From Candidatus Caldarchaeales archaeon (GTDB lineage: Archaea > Thermoproteota > Nitrososphaeria_A > Caldarchaeales > Calditenuaceae), in assembly GCA_039630085.1 (NCBI GenBank), contig JBCNVM010000001.1, positions 64,001-128,000 on the forward strand: 64,000 nucleotides of DNA, written 5' to 3'. Every line of letters starts with the position of its first letter. The first letter of the stretch is position 1. Both the position numbers and the translations under genes were made by a program. A model generated the notes under the pieces. The model worked only from the letters and a program-made list of their open reading frames with translations, was not told the origin of the DNA and searched no databases. This document shows, in pieces, positions 40,401 to 49,587 of the stretch.

Positions 40401-41162
40401 TCAGTCCATCCTCGGGGCTATCAGGTAGTCGACTCTGCCCCCAGTGAGCGGGAAGCTCAGCTTGACGGGCCTGTTGTTGCTGAGGTGAACGGTCATCTCG
40501 TCGGAGAGCTGCTTCGCCGGCCTCACGATCTTCTCCAAGTACGCGATGCTGAAGGAGGCCGAGACGTCAGACCTCGCGTCCACCTCGTAGAGCGCGGCGC
40601 CTCCCTTCACGAACTTGTGCTGGGAGGACTTAGCCTCTCCCTTGGCTAGGATGATCAGGGCGTCGGGCCTGATGGTGATCCTCACCGCGTCCGAGATGGC
40701 CTTCGCGTCCTCGATCGCCTCGTAGAACTCGTCCGAGGAGACCCTCGCCCACGCCTCGAAGCTGAGTTTCGGGGGATTGATGGTCCCTCCCATGGGCTCG
40801 AGGGTGTTGACCACGAAGTCCCTCTCCTTCCCTCCCCTGACGTCGACCAGCGAGAGGGTCAGCCTCCTGACTTCGTCGTCGTAGGAGAGGACGAGGGCCT
40901 CGTTCTTCCTGGCCCTCCTAAGAAGCTTCACGAGGTCCTCAAAGTTCAGCGTGATCTCGACCTCCTTCGTGACCCTGTACTCCTCGGCGGCCTCCCTCCT
41001 CAGCTCCATGTCCACCAAGGAGATGTGGGCCGGATCCATCGCTGTAAGCCTCACCGACTCCGGCGAGACCTTGAAGGTCCCCTCCCCAATCACGGCGGTG
41101 ATCGCCCTGAGCACGTCGGTCACGTAGTCGGCGTTCGGGAACCTCAGGTGGGCTACCTCCAT
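40401..41162 (-). CDS. pcn: DNA polymerase sliding clamp PCNA
   Basis: AMDPAHISLV, SASFSIAYL, YLIAPR. Confidence 0.92.
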   Translation of the reverse strand: MEVAHLRFPNADYVTDVLRAITAVIGEGTFKVSPESVRLTAMDPAHISLVDMELRREAAEEYRVTKEVEITLNFEDLVKLLRRARKNEALVLSYDDEVRRLTLSLVDVRGGKERDFVVNTLEPMGGTINPPKLSFEAWARVSSDEFYEAIEDAKAISDAVRITIRPDALIILAKGEAKSSQHKFVKGGAALYEVDARSDVSASFSIAYLEKIVRPAKQLSDEMTVHLSNNRPVKLSFPLTGGRVDYLIAPRMD

Positions 41163-41252
41163 CCCGCCCCCGTCTAGGACCCAGTCCGTAAAGAGGTTAT
41201 CAAGGCTAGCGGCCCTCCGGGGTAAGGGCTTCCCGAGCCGGTGTCCCGAGTA

Positions 41253-41732
41253 CTACGCGACGATGAAGTCCGGTATGGAGGAGATCTCGAGGAGCGCGTC
41301 GCAGTAGTAGCACTGGACGTAACCCTGCTCCTTCAGCACCCTGAACCTCCTCACGACCGGCTCCCTCTTGGCGTTCGAGATGCAGGTGACTTCGGGGCAC
41401 CGGACCTTCCCCACCAGTTCCTCGGGGAGGTTCGGGACGTACTTCTGGACCTTCCAGTCACTGATGAAGTTGATGGTCGCGGTGGGGAAGAGCAGCTTGA
41501 TCAGCGCCGCGTCCGGCTCCCTGATGTAGTAGTGGTAGAGCTTTACCACGTCCTTCCTTCCGTACTTCCTGCTCGGGACGCTCTTCAGGACGATCACCGA
41601 GACGTCGGGGTCCTTTGTCAGCGACTCGGCCTCGATCAGCTTCAGGACCTGGTCGGCCCTCCAGCTCGGGATGTGGTCGATGACCGTCCCCCAGTCGATC
41701 TTCCTGACCAGGAGCTGCTCCTCTCCGCTCAT
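41253..41732 (-). CDS. pyrI: aspartate carbamoyltransferase regulatory subunit
   Basis: GTVIDHIP, SRKYGRKDVVK, PTATIN, RCPEVTCISN...CYYC. Confidence 0.93.
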   Translation of the reverse strand: MSGEEQLLVRKIDWGTVIDHIPSWRADQVLKLIEAESLTKDPDVSVIVLKSVPSRKYGRKDVVKLYHYYIREPDAALIKLLFPTATINFISDWKVQKYVPNLPEELVGKVRCPEVTCISNAKREPVVRRFRVLKEQGYVQCYYCDALLEISSIPDFIVA

Positions 41733-42703
41733 CCCGCATCACCCAGGACCAGCGCGTAGAGCGCCATCCTGACCGGCAGACCGTAGCTCGCCTGGTCGAA
41801 GTACCAGGCGTGTGGGGTCCTGTCGATCTCGGCGTCGAGCTCGTCGACCCTCGGGAGCGGGTGCATCACGCCCAGCGTCGGCCTCGCGTGCCTCAACATC
41901 TCCACGTCGACCCTGTAGCTCCCCCTCAGCCTCTCGTATTCCGACGGGTCCGGGAACCTCTCCTTCTGGAGCCTGGTAACGTAGAGGACGTCGAGCCTCG
42001 AGATCGCGTCCTGGATCTCCTGCTGCCTCGTCACCTTCGAGTAGCTCACGCCCCTATCCCTGAGGAACAGCTCGACCTCCTGCCTCACTTGGAGCGCAGG
42101 CGGAGCAATGAAGGTCAGCTCGACGCCGTCGAAGTTCGAGATCAGGTAGGCCAGAGAAGGGACAGTCCTCGAGAACTTCAGGTCCCCCAGCATGCCGAGC
42201 GAAGTCCCGTCGACCTTGCCCCTCTTCCTCAGGATCGTGTAGACGTCCAGGAGCGCCTGGGTCGGATGTTCCTGGCTCCCGGACCCAGCGTTGATCACCG
42301 GCGCGGACATCACGTCGGCAGCGAACCTCGCAGCTCCCCTCGCGGGGTGGCGCATCACGACGCAGTCGACCCCGTACCCCTCGAGCATCTTGAGGGTGTC
42401 GTAGAGGGTCTCGCCCTTGCTGAGCGAGGTCATCTCGGGCTCGTTCAGCGGCAGGACGTCCCCTCCAAGCCTCCTCGCGGCGATGTAGAAGCTCGAGAAG
42501 GTCCTGGTCGAGGGCTCCACGAAGAGCAGCGCGACCCTCTTCCCCTTCAGGACGCTCGAGAACCGGCCTGGATCAGCCTCCACCTCCCTCGCGACGTCGA
42601 AGATCCGCTCCGCTTCCTCCCTCGTCAGGTCCTTCGCGCTGACGATGTCCCTCCCCCTTAGCTCACCCCTCAGGAGAGCTCCGGCGCCGCGCTCTCCGGA
42701 CAC
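41729..42703 (-). CDS. pyrB: aspartate carbamoyltransferase catalytic subunit
   Basis: EPSTRT, KGETLYDT, HPTQALLD, TRLQKERF, MHPLPR. Confidence 0.96.
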   Translation of the reverse strand: MSGERGAGALLRGELRGRDIVSAKDLTREEAERIFDVAREVEADPGRFSSVLKGKRVALLFVEPSTRTFSSFYIAARRLGGDVLPLNEPEMTSLSKGETLYDTLKMLEGYGVDCVVMRHPARGAARFAADVMSAPVINAGSGSQEHPTQALLDVYTILRKRGKVDGTSLGMLGDLKFSRTVPSLAYLISNFDGVELTFIAPPALQVRQEVELFLRDRGVSYSKVTRQQEIQDAISRLDVLYVTRLQKERFPDPSEYERLRGSYRVDVEMLRHARPTLGVMHPLPRVDELDAEIDRTPHAWYFDQASYGLPVRMALYALVLGDAG

Positions 42704-42720
42704 GAGAACCCGCCTTTGCC

Positions 42721-42736
42721 AACGAGGAGCCTCGTT
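42721..42736. promoter_or_regulatory. perfect inverted repeat AACGAGG-AG-CCTCGTT overlapping the putative pyrBI TATA box
   Basis: 7-2-7 palindrome; on the minus strand TTTTAACG (42733-42740) lies about 30 nt upstream of the pyrB GTG. Confidence 0.45.
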
Positions 42737-43000
42737 AAAAGCGTTGACCGTGCCGGACGGAAGTGGAGGGCTTGTGTATCTCTCACGTCCGACTTAGCTC
42801 AGTCGGGCGCCCGCTATCCGCCGAGCGCGCCGAACCGCGGAGAACCCCGCGGACCTTCTTGAGCTGCGGAACACCGAACGGCCCCGAAGAGGCCGAAGGC
42901 CATAGAGCGACGTCGACGGAGCGGAGGCTGAGATGTCTGGGCGTCGTGAGGGGACTAAGGGCGAAGAGGTTTTTGAGTGGGCTCTCACGGCCGGATTCCG

Positions 43001-43168
43001 ATGGGGCTGCTGAAGGTCGGGCTGATCCTCTTCTTCGCGATCGCGGGCCTCGGGACCGGGCTGATCGTCGGAGGCTACCTCACTAGCAACCCGGCGATGA
43101 TGAGCTGGGGTCTAGTCCTGGCCTTCGTCAGCGTGGTCCCCCTGTTGGGCTCAGCGCTCTCTAAGTGA
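43001..43168 (+). CDS. small two-TM membrane protein
   Basis: MGLLKVGLILFFAIAGLGTGLIVGGYL...WGLVLAFVSVVPLL; genome-typical codon usage. Confidence 0.55.
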   Translation: MGLLKVGLILFFAIAGLGTGLIVGGYLTSNPAMMSWGLVLAFVSVVPLLGSALSK

Positions 43169-43198
43169 CGCCTCACTTCTGCCAGAACGGGAGCACGG

Positions 43199-43501
43199 TC
43201 AGTACTGTCCGGCCTTGACGGTCTCGAGCAGGGAGATGGCCAGCCAGAGCTGCGTCCTGGTGTAGGAGGGGATGTTCCCGTCGGAGAGGACCTCCTCGAT
43301 CATCTCGATCGCGTTCGCGGCCCTGACCGAGGGAGAGTACTTCTCGTTGAAGAGCTCGTCCATCGCGCCCTTCACCGCCTTCCTGAGGTTGCGGGGGGCG
43401 GTGTTGTCGTTCGCGATGGTCTCGAGTATCTGGGCTATCCTCTTCCTCTTCTCCTCCCACGACCACCCTCCAGACTCCACGACCCCTTCCCCCCCTTCCA
43501 C
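43199..43501 (-). CDS. UPF0147 family archaeal protein
   Basis: IANDNTAPRNLRKA, VRAANAI, DGNIPSYTRTQLW. Confidence 0.85.
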   Translation of the reverse strand: MEGGEGVVESGGWSWEEKRKRIAQILETIANDNTAPRNLRKAVKGAMDELFNEKYSPSVRAANAIEMIEEVLSDGNIPSYTRTQLWLAISLLETVKAGQY

Positions 43502-43565
43502 CGGGGGTCCGGGCCTTACGGTATTAAGATTTGCAGTCCGACTGCTCGGCGCGAAGGGCCCGGTT

Positions 43566-44606
43566 CTACCTGACCGGGCATCCCGGTAGGCGCGAGATGA
43601 CCTTGGCCATCTCCACGTTCCTCCTCCAGCTCTCCGCGTCCCTCACCGCGACGATAATCACGCTGACGCTGTCCAGCATGACCGGCCGGTAGGACGTGTG
43701 GCTCAGGACCTCGTCCGCGAACTCCTTCAGCTCCTCGAACCTCGGGGACGCCGACTGGTCGAGCCTCCGCCTCGACTGTCCGAGCCACGCGTAGCCCTTG
43801 AACTCGACGAAGTTCGGCCTGAACCTGTTCACGATCTCCGCGTAACCCTTGGGGTCCTTCATGTTGAGGCCCTTGACGAGGGTCAGCCTGATAACAGTCC
43901 TGCTCCCCCTCCTCTCGAACTCGCCGAGCAGGGCGAGGCTCTCCATCACCCTCTCGTAGGCGTCGAGGACCACCGACTTCGTGACCCTCACGTATTCCTT
44001 GGGGTCGGTGGCGTAGACGCTGACGAAGAGGTTGGTCGGTATCGCGCCCTTCTCCAACATCTCCCTAAGCCTGTGGGGCATCGTGCCGTTGGTGACGAGG
44101 AACGTCGTCATCCCCCTCGAGTTGATCTCCTTGATCAGGTCCGCGATCATCGGGTACAGGGTCGGCTCGCCGTCAAGGGAGATCGCCACGTGGGCCGGTC
44201 TCATCGCCAGCCTGAAGTAAGCCCTGTCGGTCTTCGGGTTGCCCCCGAACCCGGAGAGGAGCTCCTTCTGGGCCCTCAGCATCTCGTCGACGACGGTCTT
44301 GGGGTCGTCCCAGTCGGCGCCGTGGGCCTTGTGTCTGAACGGCCCGAACGGCCTCCAGCACCAGGGGCATCCGAAGTTGCAGAAGTCGAGCGTTGGGGTC
44401 ATCTGGATGCACCTCCCGGAGTCGATCCCGTAGATCGACTTGTAGCAGTTCCTCTCCCCCCTCAGCCTCGACTTCGTCCACCTGCAGACCTCGACCGCGG
44501 TGTGCCTGTGCTCCCCCAGGACCCTGTACCCTGCCCTCCTGTACCTCTCGAGTCTCGCCTCGTCCATCTTCACGAACTGGACGCCGGCCTCCGCGCCGTC
44601 GGCCAT
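43566..44606 (-). CDS. taw1: 4-demethylwyosine synthase (radical SAM, Taw1/TYW1)
   Basis: VCRWTK, CYKS-IYGI-S-RCIQMTP, CNFGCPWCWR, HVAISLDGEPTLYP, FLVTNG. Confidence 0.93.
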   Translation of the reverse strand: MADGAEAGVQFVKMDEARLERYRRAGYRVLGEHRHTAVEVCRWTKSRLRGERNCYKSIYGIDSGRCIQMTPTLDFCNFGCPWCWRPFGPFRHKAHGADWDDPKTVVDEMLRAQKELLSGFGGNPKTDRAYFRLAMRPAHVAISLDGEPTLYPMIADLIKEINSRGMTTFLVTNGTMPHRLREMLEKGAIPTNLFVSVYATDPKEYVRVTKSVVLDAYERVMESLALLGEFERRGSRTVIRLTLVKGLNMKDPKGYAEIVNRFRPNFVEFKGYAWLGQSRRRLDQSASPRFEELKEFADEVLSHTSYRPVMLDSVSVIIVAVRDAESWRRNVEMAKVISRLPGCPVR

Positions 44607-44664
44607 GTTCCCACCTCGTCACCGAGAGGCCGCCATAAGAGTTTGGGACCTGTGCGGGTGCGCG

Positions 44665-45684
<1,020 letters not shown>

Positions 45685-45787
45685 TCATACCTCGTTACCC
45701 GGGAAGGTCGGAGCGGCTGGCGCCTGTCCGATCAGGTCTCCGCAAGGTATTTAACAGGAGGGTGGCGAGAAATGGTGTCGGAGAAGT

Positions 45788-46294
45788 TTGTACTACATCG
45801 AGCCCTCCGAGGTCGTCAAGCTGACAGAGGTCTTCGGAGGCGAGGAGGCGACGAGGGTCGTCAAGCTGCTCCTGGAAGAGCCCGGGCTCTCTGACGAGGA
45901 GCTGGCCGGCAAGCTCGGGGTCGACGTCAAGCAGGTGAGGAAGACGCTCCACAGGCTCCTCGAGCTCTCCCTGGTCACGTACACGGTCAGCTTCGAGAAG
46001 GAGAACGGCAAGAGGACCTTCAGGTGGAGGCTCCAGCTGGAGCAGGTGGTGAGCGCGGTCCGCGGCCAGGCGATCAGGATCATCGAGAGGCTGAAGATGC
46101 TGAGGGAGTTCTACTCGTCGAACGTCGTCTACTGGTGCGGTAACGCGAGCTGCAGGAAGCTCGACTTCTCGACCTCGGTCGACCACTTCTTCAAGTGCCC
46201 TTACTGCGGCAACCAGCTCCAGCCCTACGACCCCTCTGAGATGCTGAGGGCGATCGACGAGAAGATAGCCGAGCTCAGCAAGCTTCTGAGATGA
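45788..46294 (+). CDS. tfe: transcription factor E (TFE alpha)
   Basis: wHTH SDEELAGKLG...VRKTLHRL...FRWRL and zinc ribbon YWC...C...FKCPYCG; TTG start after GGAG. Confidence 0.9.
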   Translation: MYYIEPSEVVKLTEVFGGEEATRVVKLLLEEPGLSDEELAGKLGVDVKQVRKTLHRLLELSLVTYTVSFEKENGKRTFRWRLQLEQVVSAVRGQAIRIIERLKMLREFYSSNVVYWCGNASCRKLDFSTSVDHFFKCPYCGNQLQPYDPSEMLRAIDEKIAELSKLLR

Positions 46295-46860
46295 GCAGGG
46301 TCACGGTCCTGAGGCTCTTCCACAGGGTCGGGAGGGACGACAGGGTCACCGCCCACGTGGCGCTGACCGCGAGGGCCTTCGGCGCGTCGGGGGTCGTCGT
46401 CTCCGGCGACAGGGACGACGGGCTGATCGAGTCGATCAGGAAGGTGACCGAGGAGTGGGGAGGGCCCTTCGACATCTCCTTCGTCGGTGACTGGGAGGGC
46501 TACCTGAGGGAGCGGAAGTCCGCGGGCGATGTCCTAGTCCATCTGACGATGTACGGGGTGAGCCTGCTCGACGTCATCGGGGAGATCCGGGACCAGCTCG
46601 GCCGGAGGGGAGTGGTCGTGGTGGTCGGGTCCAGCAAGGTACCGAGGGTCGTCTACGAGCTGGCCGACTACAACGTCTCGATCGGGAACCAGCCCCACAG
46701 CGAGGTCGCCGCGCTCGCGGTCTTCCTCGACAGGCTCCTCGAGGGCCGAGTCTTCAGGGCCGAGTTCCAAGACGCCAAGCTGAAGGTCGTCCCGGACCCG
46801 AGGGGGAAGAGGGTCGTGAGGCTGAGGGGAGGTAACCTTAAGAGCGAAGCGTGGGACTGA
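46291..46860 (+). CDS. tRNA (cytidine(56)-2'-O)-methyltransferase aTrm56
   Basis: RDDRVTAHVALTARAFGA, WGGPF, VHLTMYG, NQPHSEVAALAVFLDR. Confidence 0.93.
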   Translation: MSRVTVLRLFHRVGRDDRVTAHVALTARAFGASGVVVSGDRDDGLIESIRKVTEEWGGPFDISFVGDWEGYLRERKSAGDVLVHLTMYGVSLLDVIGEIRDQLGRRGVVVVVGSSKVPRVVYELADYNVSIGNQPHSEVAALAVFLDRLLEGRVFRAEFQDAKLKVVPDPRGKRVVRLRGGNLKSEAWD

Positions 46861-46869
46861 GATCGAGCG

Positions 46870-46917
46870 GGGGCCGTGGTCTAGCGGCATGACGCCGCCC
46901 TCACACGGCGGAGGTCG
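46870..46917 (+). pseudogene. 5' fragment of tRNA-Val(CAC) (acceptor 5' strand, D arm, anticodon arm, variable loop); candidate split-tRNA half or remnant
   Basis: GGGGCCG-TG-GTCTAGCGGCATGAC-G-CCGCC-CTCACAC-GGCGG-AGGTC-G; no TTCGA loop or 3' acceptor strand follows. Confidence 0.75.
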
Positions 46918-46967
46918 GAGATGCTAACACGGTTTCCTTTATTACAAGGCTAGGAGCTTTTACGGCA

Positions 46968-47058
46968 GGGGCCGTGGTCTAGGGGTATGACGCCGCTCTC
47001 ACATGACTGATGTCGGGGGAGGCAGCGGCAGCCGTGGGTTCGAGTCCCACCGGCCCCA
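46968..47058 (+). tRNA. tRNA-Val(CAC) with a 19-nt anticodon-loop intron (about 47004-47022)
   Basis: GGGGCCG/CGGCCCC acceptor stem, CCGCT/AGCGG anticodon stem, CTCACA[intron]C loop, GTGGG-TTCGAGT-CCCAC T arm, A73; TTTATTA about 30 nt upstream. Confidence 0.8.
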
Positions 47059-47219
47059 TCGTGATTTTATACATCTTGCACTGGAAAATTATCTTGTATC
47101 GGTGCGATCAGAATAATATGAGTGACTGTGAAGAGGGAAAAAGAGGGGGGAGCGCTTCGTCGGATTCTCCTCAGCGTTTTCTGAAATCGAAGCCGAAAAG
47201 AGAATTTCGTCTTTCCGTC

Positions 47220-47510
47220 TCCGCCGACGTCTGCTGCCTCTTCTGCAACGCCGAGCAGGCGCTCTTCCTTATGACCGCGACAGACCTCGCTATTATCGGG
47301 AAGCCTGCCTGTGCAGCGCTGGCCAAGGCCCTGAACGAGAAGAGGGCTGTGATCAGCATGGGGTGCACCGCGAGCAGGACTAGGGCTGGCTACGGCCCTG
47401 ACGAGCTGGTCGCCTTCATACCAGCCGAGAAGCTAGAGCAGGTCGTGATGTCGCTCCGCGTGGTGGTCCCGATCGAGAGAAAGGTCCGCGAAATCGCCAA
47501 GTCGAAGTAA
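47220..47510 (+). pseudogene. C-terminal fragment of a DUF169-like protein
   Basis: ADVCCLFCNAEQA, PACAALAKAL, SMGCTASRTRAGYGPDELVAFIP; the upstream in-frame sequence is AT-rich and overlaps the tRNA, so there is no credible N-terminal half. Confidence 0.55.
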
Positions 47511-47664
47511 TCTCCGCACACGCGGGACCGGCGAACAACTACCTGGCTCTCAATTTTTCTCCGAAGACTCGTCGTCCGTAATACTGTCCGGACTGAAGCT
47601 GGACGCGTGACGAGGCTCAACCGTTTTTACCTCGAGGGGCGCAATACGTCAGGGTGTCGCGCGC

Positions 47665-48291
47665 ATGGCCTACCAGATCAGGGTAGGCGTCACAACCTTC
47701 CAGGGCGACGTGGAGGAGCACCTGCTCGCGCTGAGGGAGGCGATGAGGAAGCTCAATGTGAGGGGTGAGGCGGTGACCGCGAAGCTCCCGGAGGAGATCG
47801 AGCAGCTCGACGCGGTCGTCGTCCCGGGAGGCGAGAGCACGGTGATGGGGAGGCTCGCACAGCGGTCGAGGTCGCTCGACGTCCTCAGGAGGAGGGTCCT
47901 CGAGGGCCTTCCGGTCCTCGGCACCTGCGCCGGCCTCATCTTCCTCGCGAGCAGGGTCTACGACAGGGTCGTCGGCGAGACGAGGCAACCGATACTCGGG
48001 GTCCTCGACGTCACGGTCGAGCGGAACTCCTACGGCAGGCAGAGGGACTCCTTCGAGGTGCAGATACCGGTGCCGGCCCTCGGGAGGGAGGGCTTCAGGG
48101 CGGTCTTCATCAGGGCTCCCTCGATCGTCGAGGTGGGGCCGGAGGTGGAGGTCCTAGCTAGGTACGCCGAGAGGCCGGTCGCGGTCAGGCAGGGCTCGAT
48201 CTACGGTACGACCTTCCACCCAGAGCTCTCCGGCGACACGGCTTTCCACGAGGTCCTCGTCGAGGAGGCCCTCAGGTTCAGCAGGCGGTGA
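47665..48291 (+). CDS. pdxT: pyridoxal 5'-phosphate synthase glutaminase subunit
   Basis: QGDVEEH, PGGEST, LGTCAGLI, RNSYGRQRDSFE, FIRAP, FHPEL. Confidence 0.95.
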   Translation: MAYQIRVGVTTFQGDVEEHLLALREAMRKLNVRGEAVTAKLPEEIEQLDAVVVPGGESTVMGRLAQRSRSLDVLRRRVLEGLPVLGTCAGLIFLASRVYDRVVGETRQPILGVLDVTVERNSYGRQRDSFEVQIPVPALGREGFRAVFIRAPSIVEVGPEVEVLARYAERPVAVRQGSIYGTTFHPELSGDTAFHEVLVEEALRFSRR

Positions 48292-48352
48292 CCCTCCGAG
48301 CTCGCCGACCCTTCACGGCAAGACTTTTATCAGTTCCTGAGAGGCCGAGGGC

Positions 48353-48802
48353 GTGGTCAACTACTGGCTGATGAGCGCGAAGGACCACAGGGGCCGCGAC
48401 GGCAAGCCGGTCCCCGCGAGGTCGGTCGTCGAGAGGAGGGTTGCGAACGGCGTCTGGTTCGTCTCCTACAGGAACCCCTACCTCAGGAAAGTCAGTCCCG
48501 GAGACGTCGGGATATTGCTCGCTCTCGGGAGGGAGAGGAAGGAGCTGCTCGGGGACTGCAGGGTGATCGGCGGGCCCTATCCGGTCGATGCGGCGCGGGC
48601 CGCGCTGATCGAGGGGCCTCCGTCATCGGCGCTCACCCATTACCTCAAGATCGAGGGGAAGCTCTGGCCACAGCCGAAGGACCTGATGGACTACCTGGGG
48701 AGGCTGAGCTTCGTCGGGGAGACCTCGAGGTGGTACGCGTACTTCCAAGGAGGTCTGAAGCCGCTGACCGAGGCCGACGTCGCTGTCCTGCTCTCCCGTT
48801 AG
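48353..48802 (+). CDS. EVE domain (UPF0310/PUA-like) protein
   Basis: NYWLM, GVW, LRKVSPGD, LSFV...W...FQGG...LTEAD. Confidence 0.7.
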   Translation: MVNYWLMSAKDHRGRDGKPVPARSVVERRVANGVWFVSYRNPYLRKVSPGDVGILLALGRERKELLGDCRVIGGPYPVDAARAALIEGPPSSALTHYLKIEGKLWPQPKDLMDYLGRLSFVGETSRWYAYFQGGLKPLTEADVAVLLSR

Positions 48803-49488
48803 GGCGCGACTAGGTAGGGCCTTACGTACTTCTCGAAGAGCCTCCTCCTCTCTGGTTGTGAGAGCTCCACGTAGCCCGTTGCCGGCGAGATGTAGGCTAC
48901 CTCGATGCTGTCCCCGCTCCCTATGTCCCTCCTTATCGCGACCGCGACCGCCTTGTAGGCCAGCTCGATCGCCTCGTCGAGGCCCATCCCGTCCCTGAAC
49001 TCGGACTCGAGGACGCCCAGCGCGATCGGGGAGCCAGAGCCGGTGCTGATGACCTTCTCCTCGGTTATTCCGCCGAACGGGTCGATGTTGAAGATGTGGG
49101 GCCCGGCCTCGTCGTAACCCCCGATCAGGAGCTGGGTCTGATACGGGAAGAACCTGTAGTAGAACATGTACGTCGAGAGGAGCGTCGCCGCTGCCCTCAC
49201 CTGCATCGGCCTGCCCTGAACGACCTGGTAGTGCCTGACGTTCGCCCTCAGCAGGTCCACTAGGGCCTGAGCGTCCGCGACCCTCCCGGCTATCGTCATC
49301 GCCATGTTGTCGGCCACCTTGTGGATCTTCTTCGCGCGCTTGTGGGCGATGAAGAAGCCGGCAGTGGCCCTCGTGTCGGTCGCGAAGACGACGAGGTCGT
49401 TCACCGTGAAGGCGAGCGTCGTCGTCCCGGTCTTCAGCGGCCGCGGTCCTGCGCCGGCGTCGCTGCCGAACATTCCGGTCGACTCCAC
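48799..49488 (-). CDS. psmB: proteasome subunit beta
   Basis: Propeptide then LKTG|TTT, ATDTRATAG, AGRVADAQ, STGSGSPIA, RDIGSG. Confidence 0.95.
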   Translation of the reverse strand: MESTGMFGSDAGAGPRPLKTGTTTLAFTVNDLVVFATDTRATAGFFIAHKRAKKIHKVADNMAMTIAGRVADAQALVDLLRANVRHYQVVQGRPMQVRAAATLLSTYMFYYRFFPYQTQLLIGGYDEAGPHIFNIDPFGGITEEKVISTGSGSPIALGVLESEFRDGMGLDEAIELAYKAVAVAIRRDIGSGDSIEVAYISPATGYVELSQPERRRLFEKYVRPYLVAP

Positions 49489-49587
49489 CCTCCTCCCACT
49501 AAAAAGTTGTTCGCGAGCGGACGTGACGCGGTCCGGAGCAGATCCGACGTCACCTCTTTATCCTTCTGCGAACCTGTCGGTCGATGA

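Noticed and set aside
42789-42830. TAGCTCAGTCGG...GAGCG as a further tRNA
   Set aside because: No acceptor pairing, anticodon arm or TTCGA T loop downstream
45772-45894. Out-of-frame ATG upstream of tfe suggesting a frameshift or uORF
   Set aside because: An in-frame TTG with GGAG just upstream gives a complete TFE; no slippery site is needed
46992-47029. tRNA-Sec or UCA suppressor reading (6-bp GCCGCT/AGCGGC stem with TCA nearby)
   Set aside because: U33 register gives CAC; there is no long variable arm or extended acceptor stem
46918-47034. Single tRNA-Val with one long cis intron containing the second 5' half
   Set aside because: I could not build a BHB/BHL at the required 48/49 or 49/50 junctions; kept only as a minor alternative
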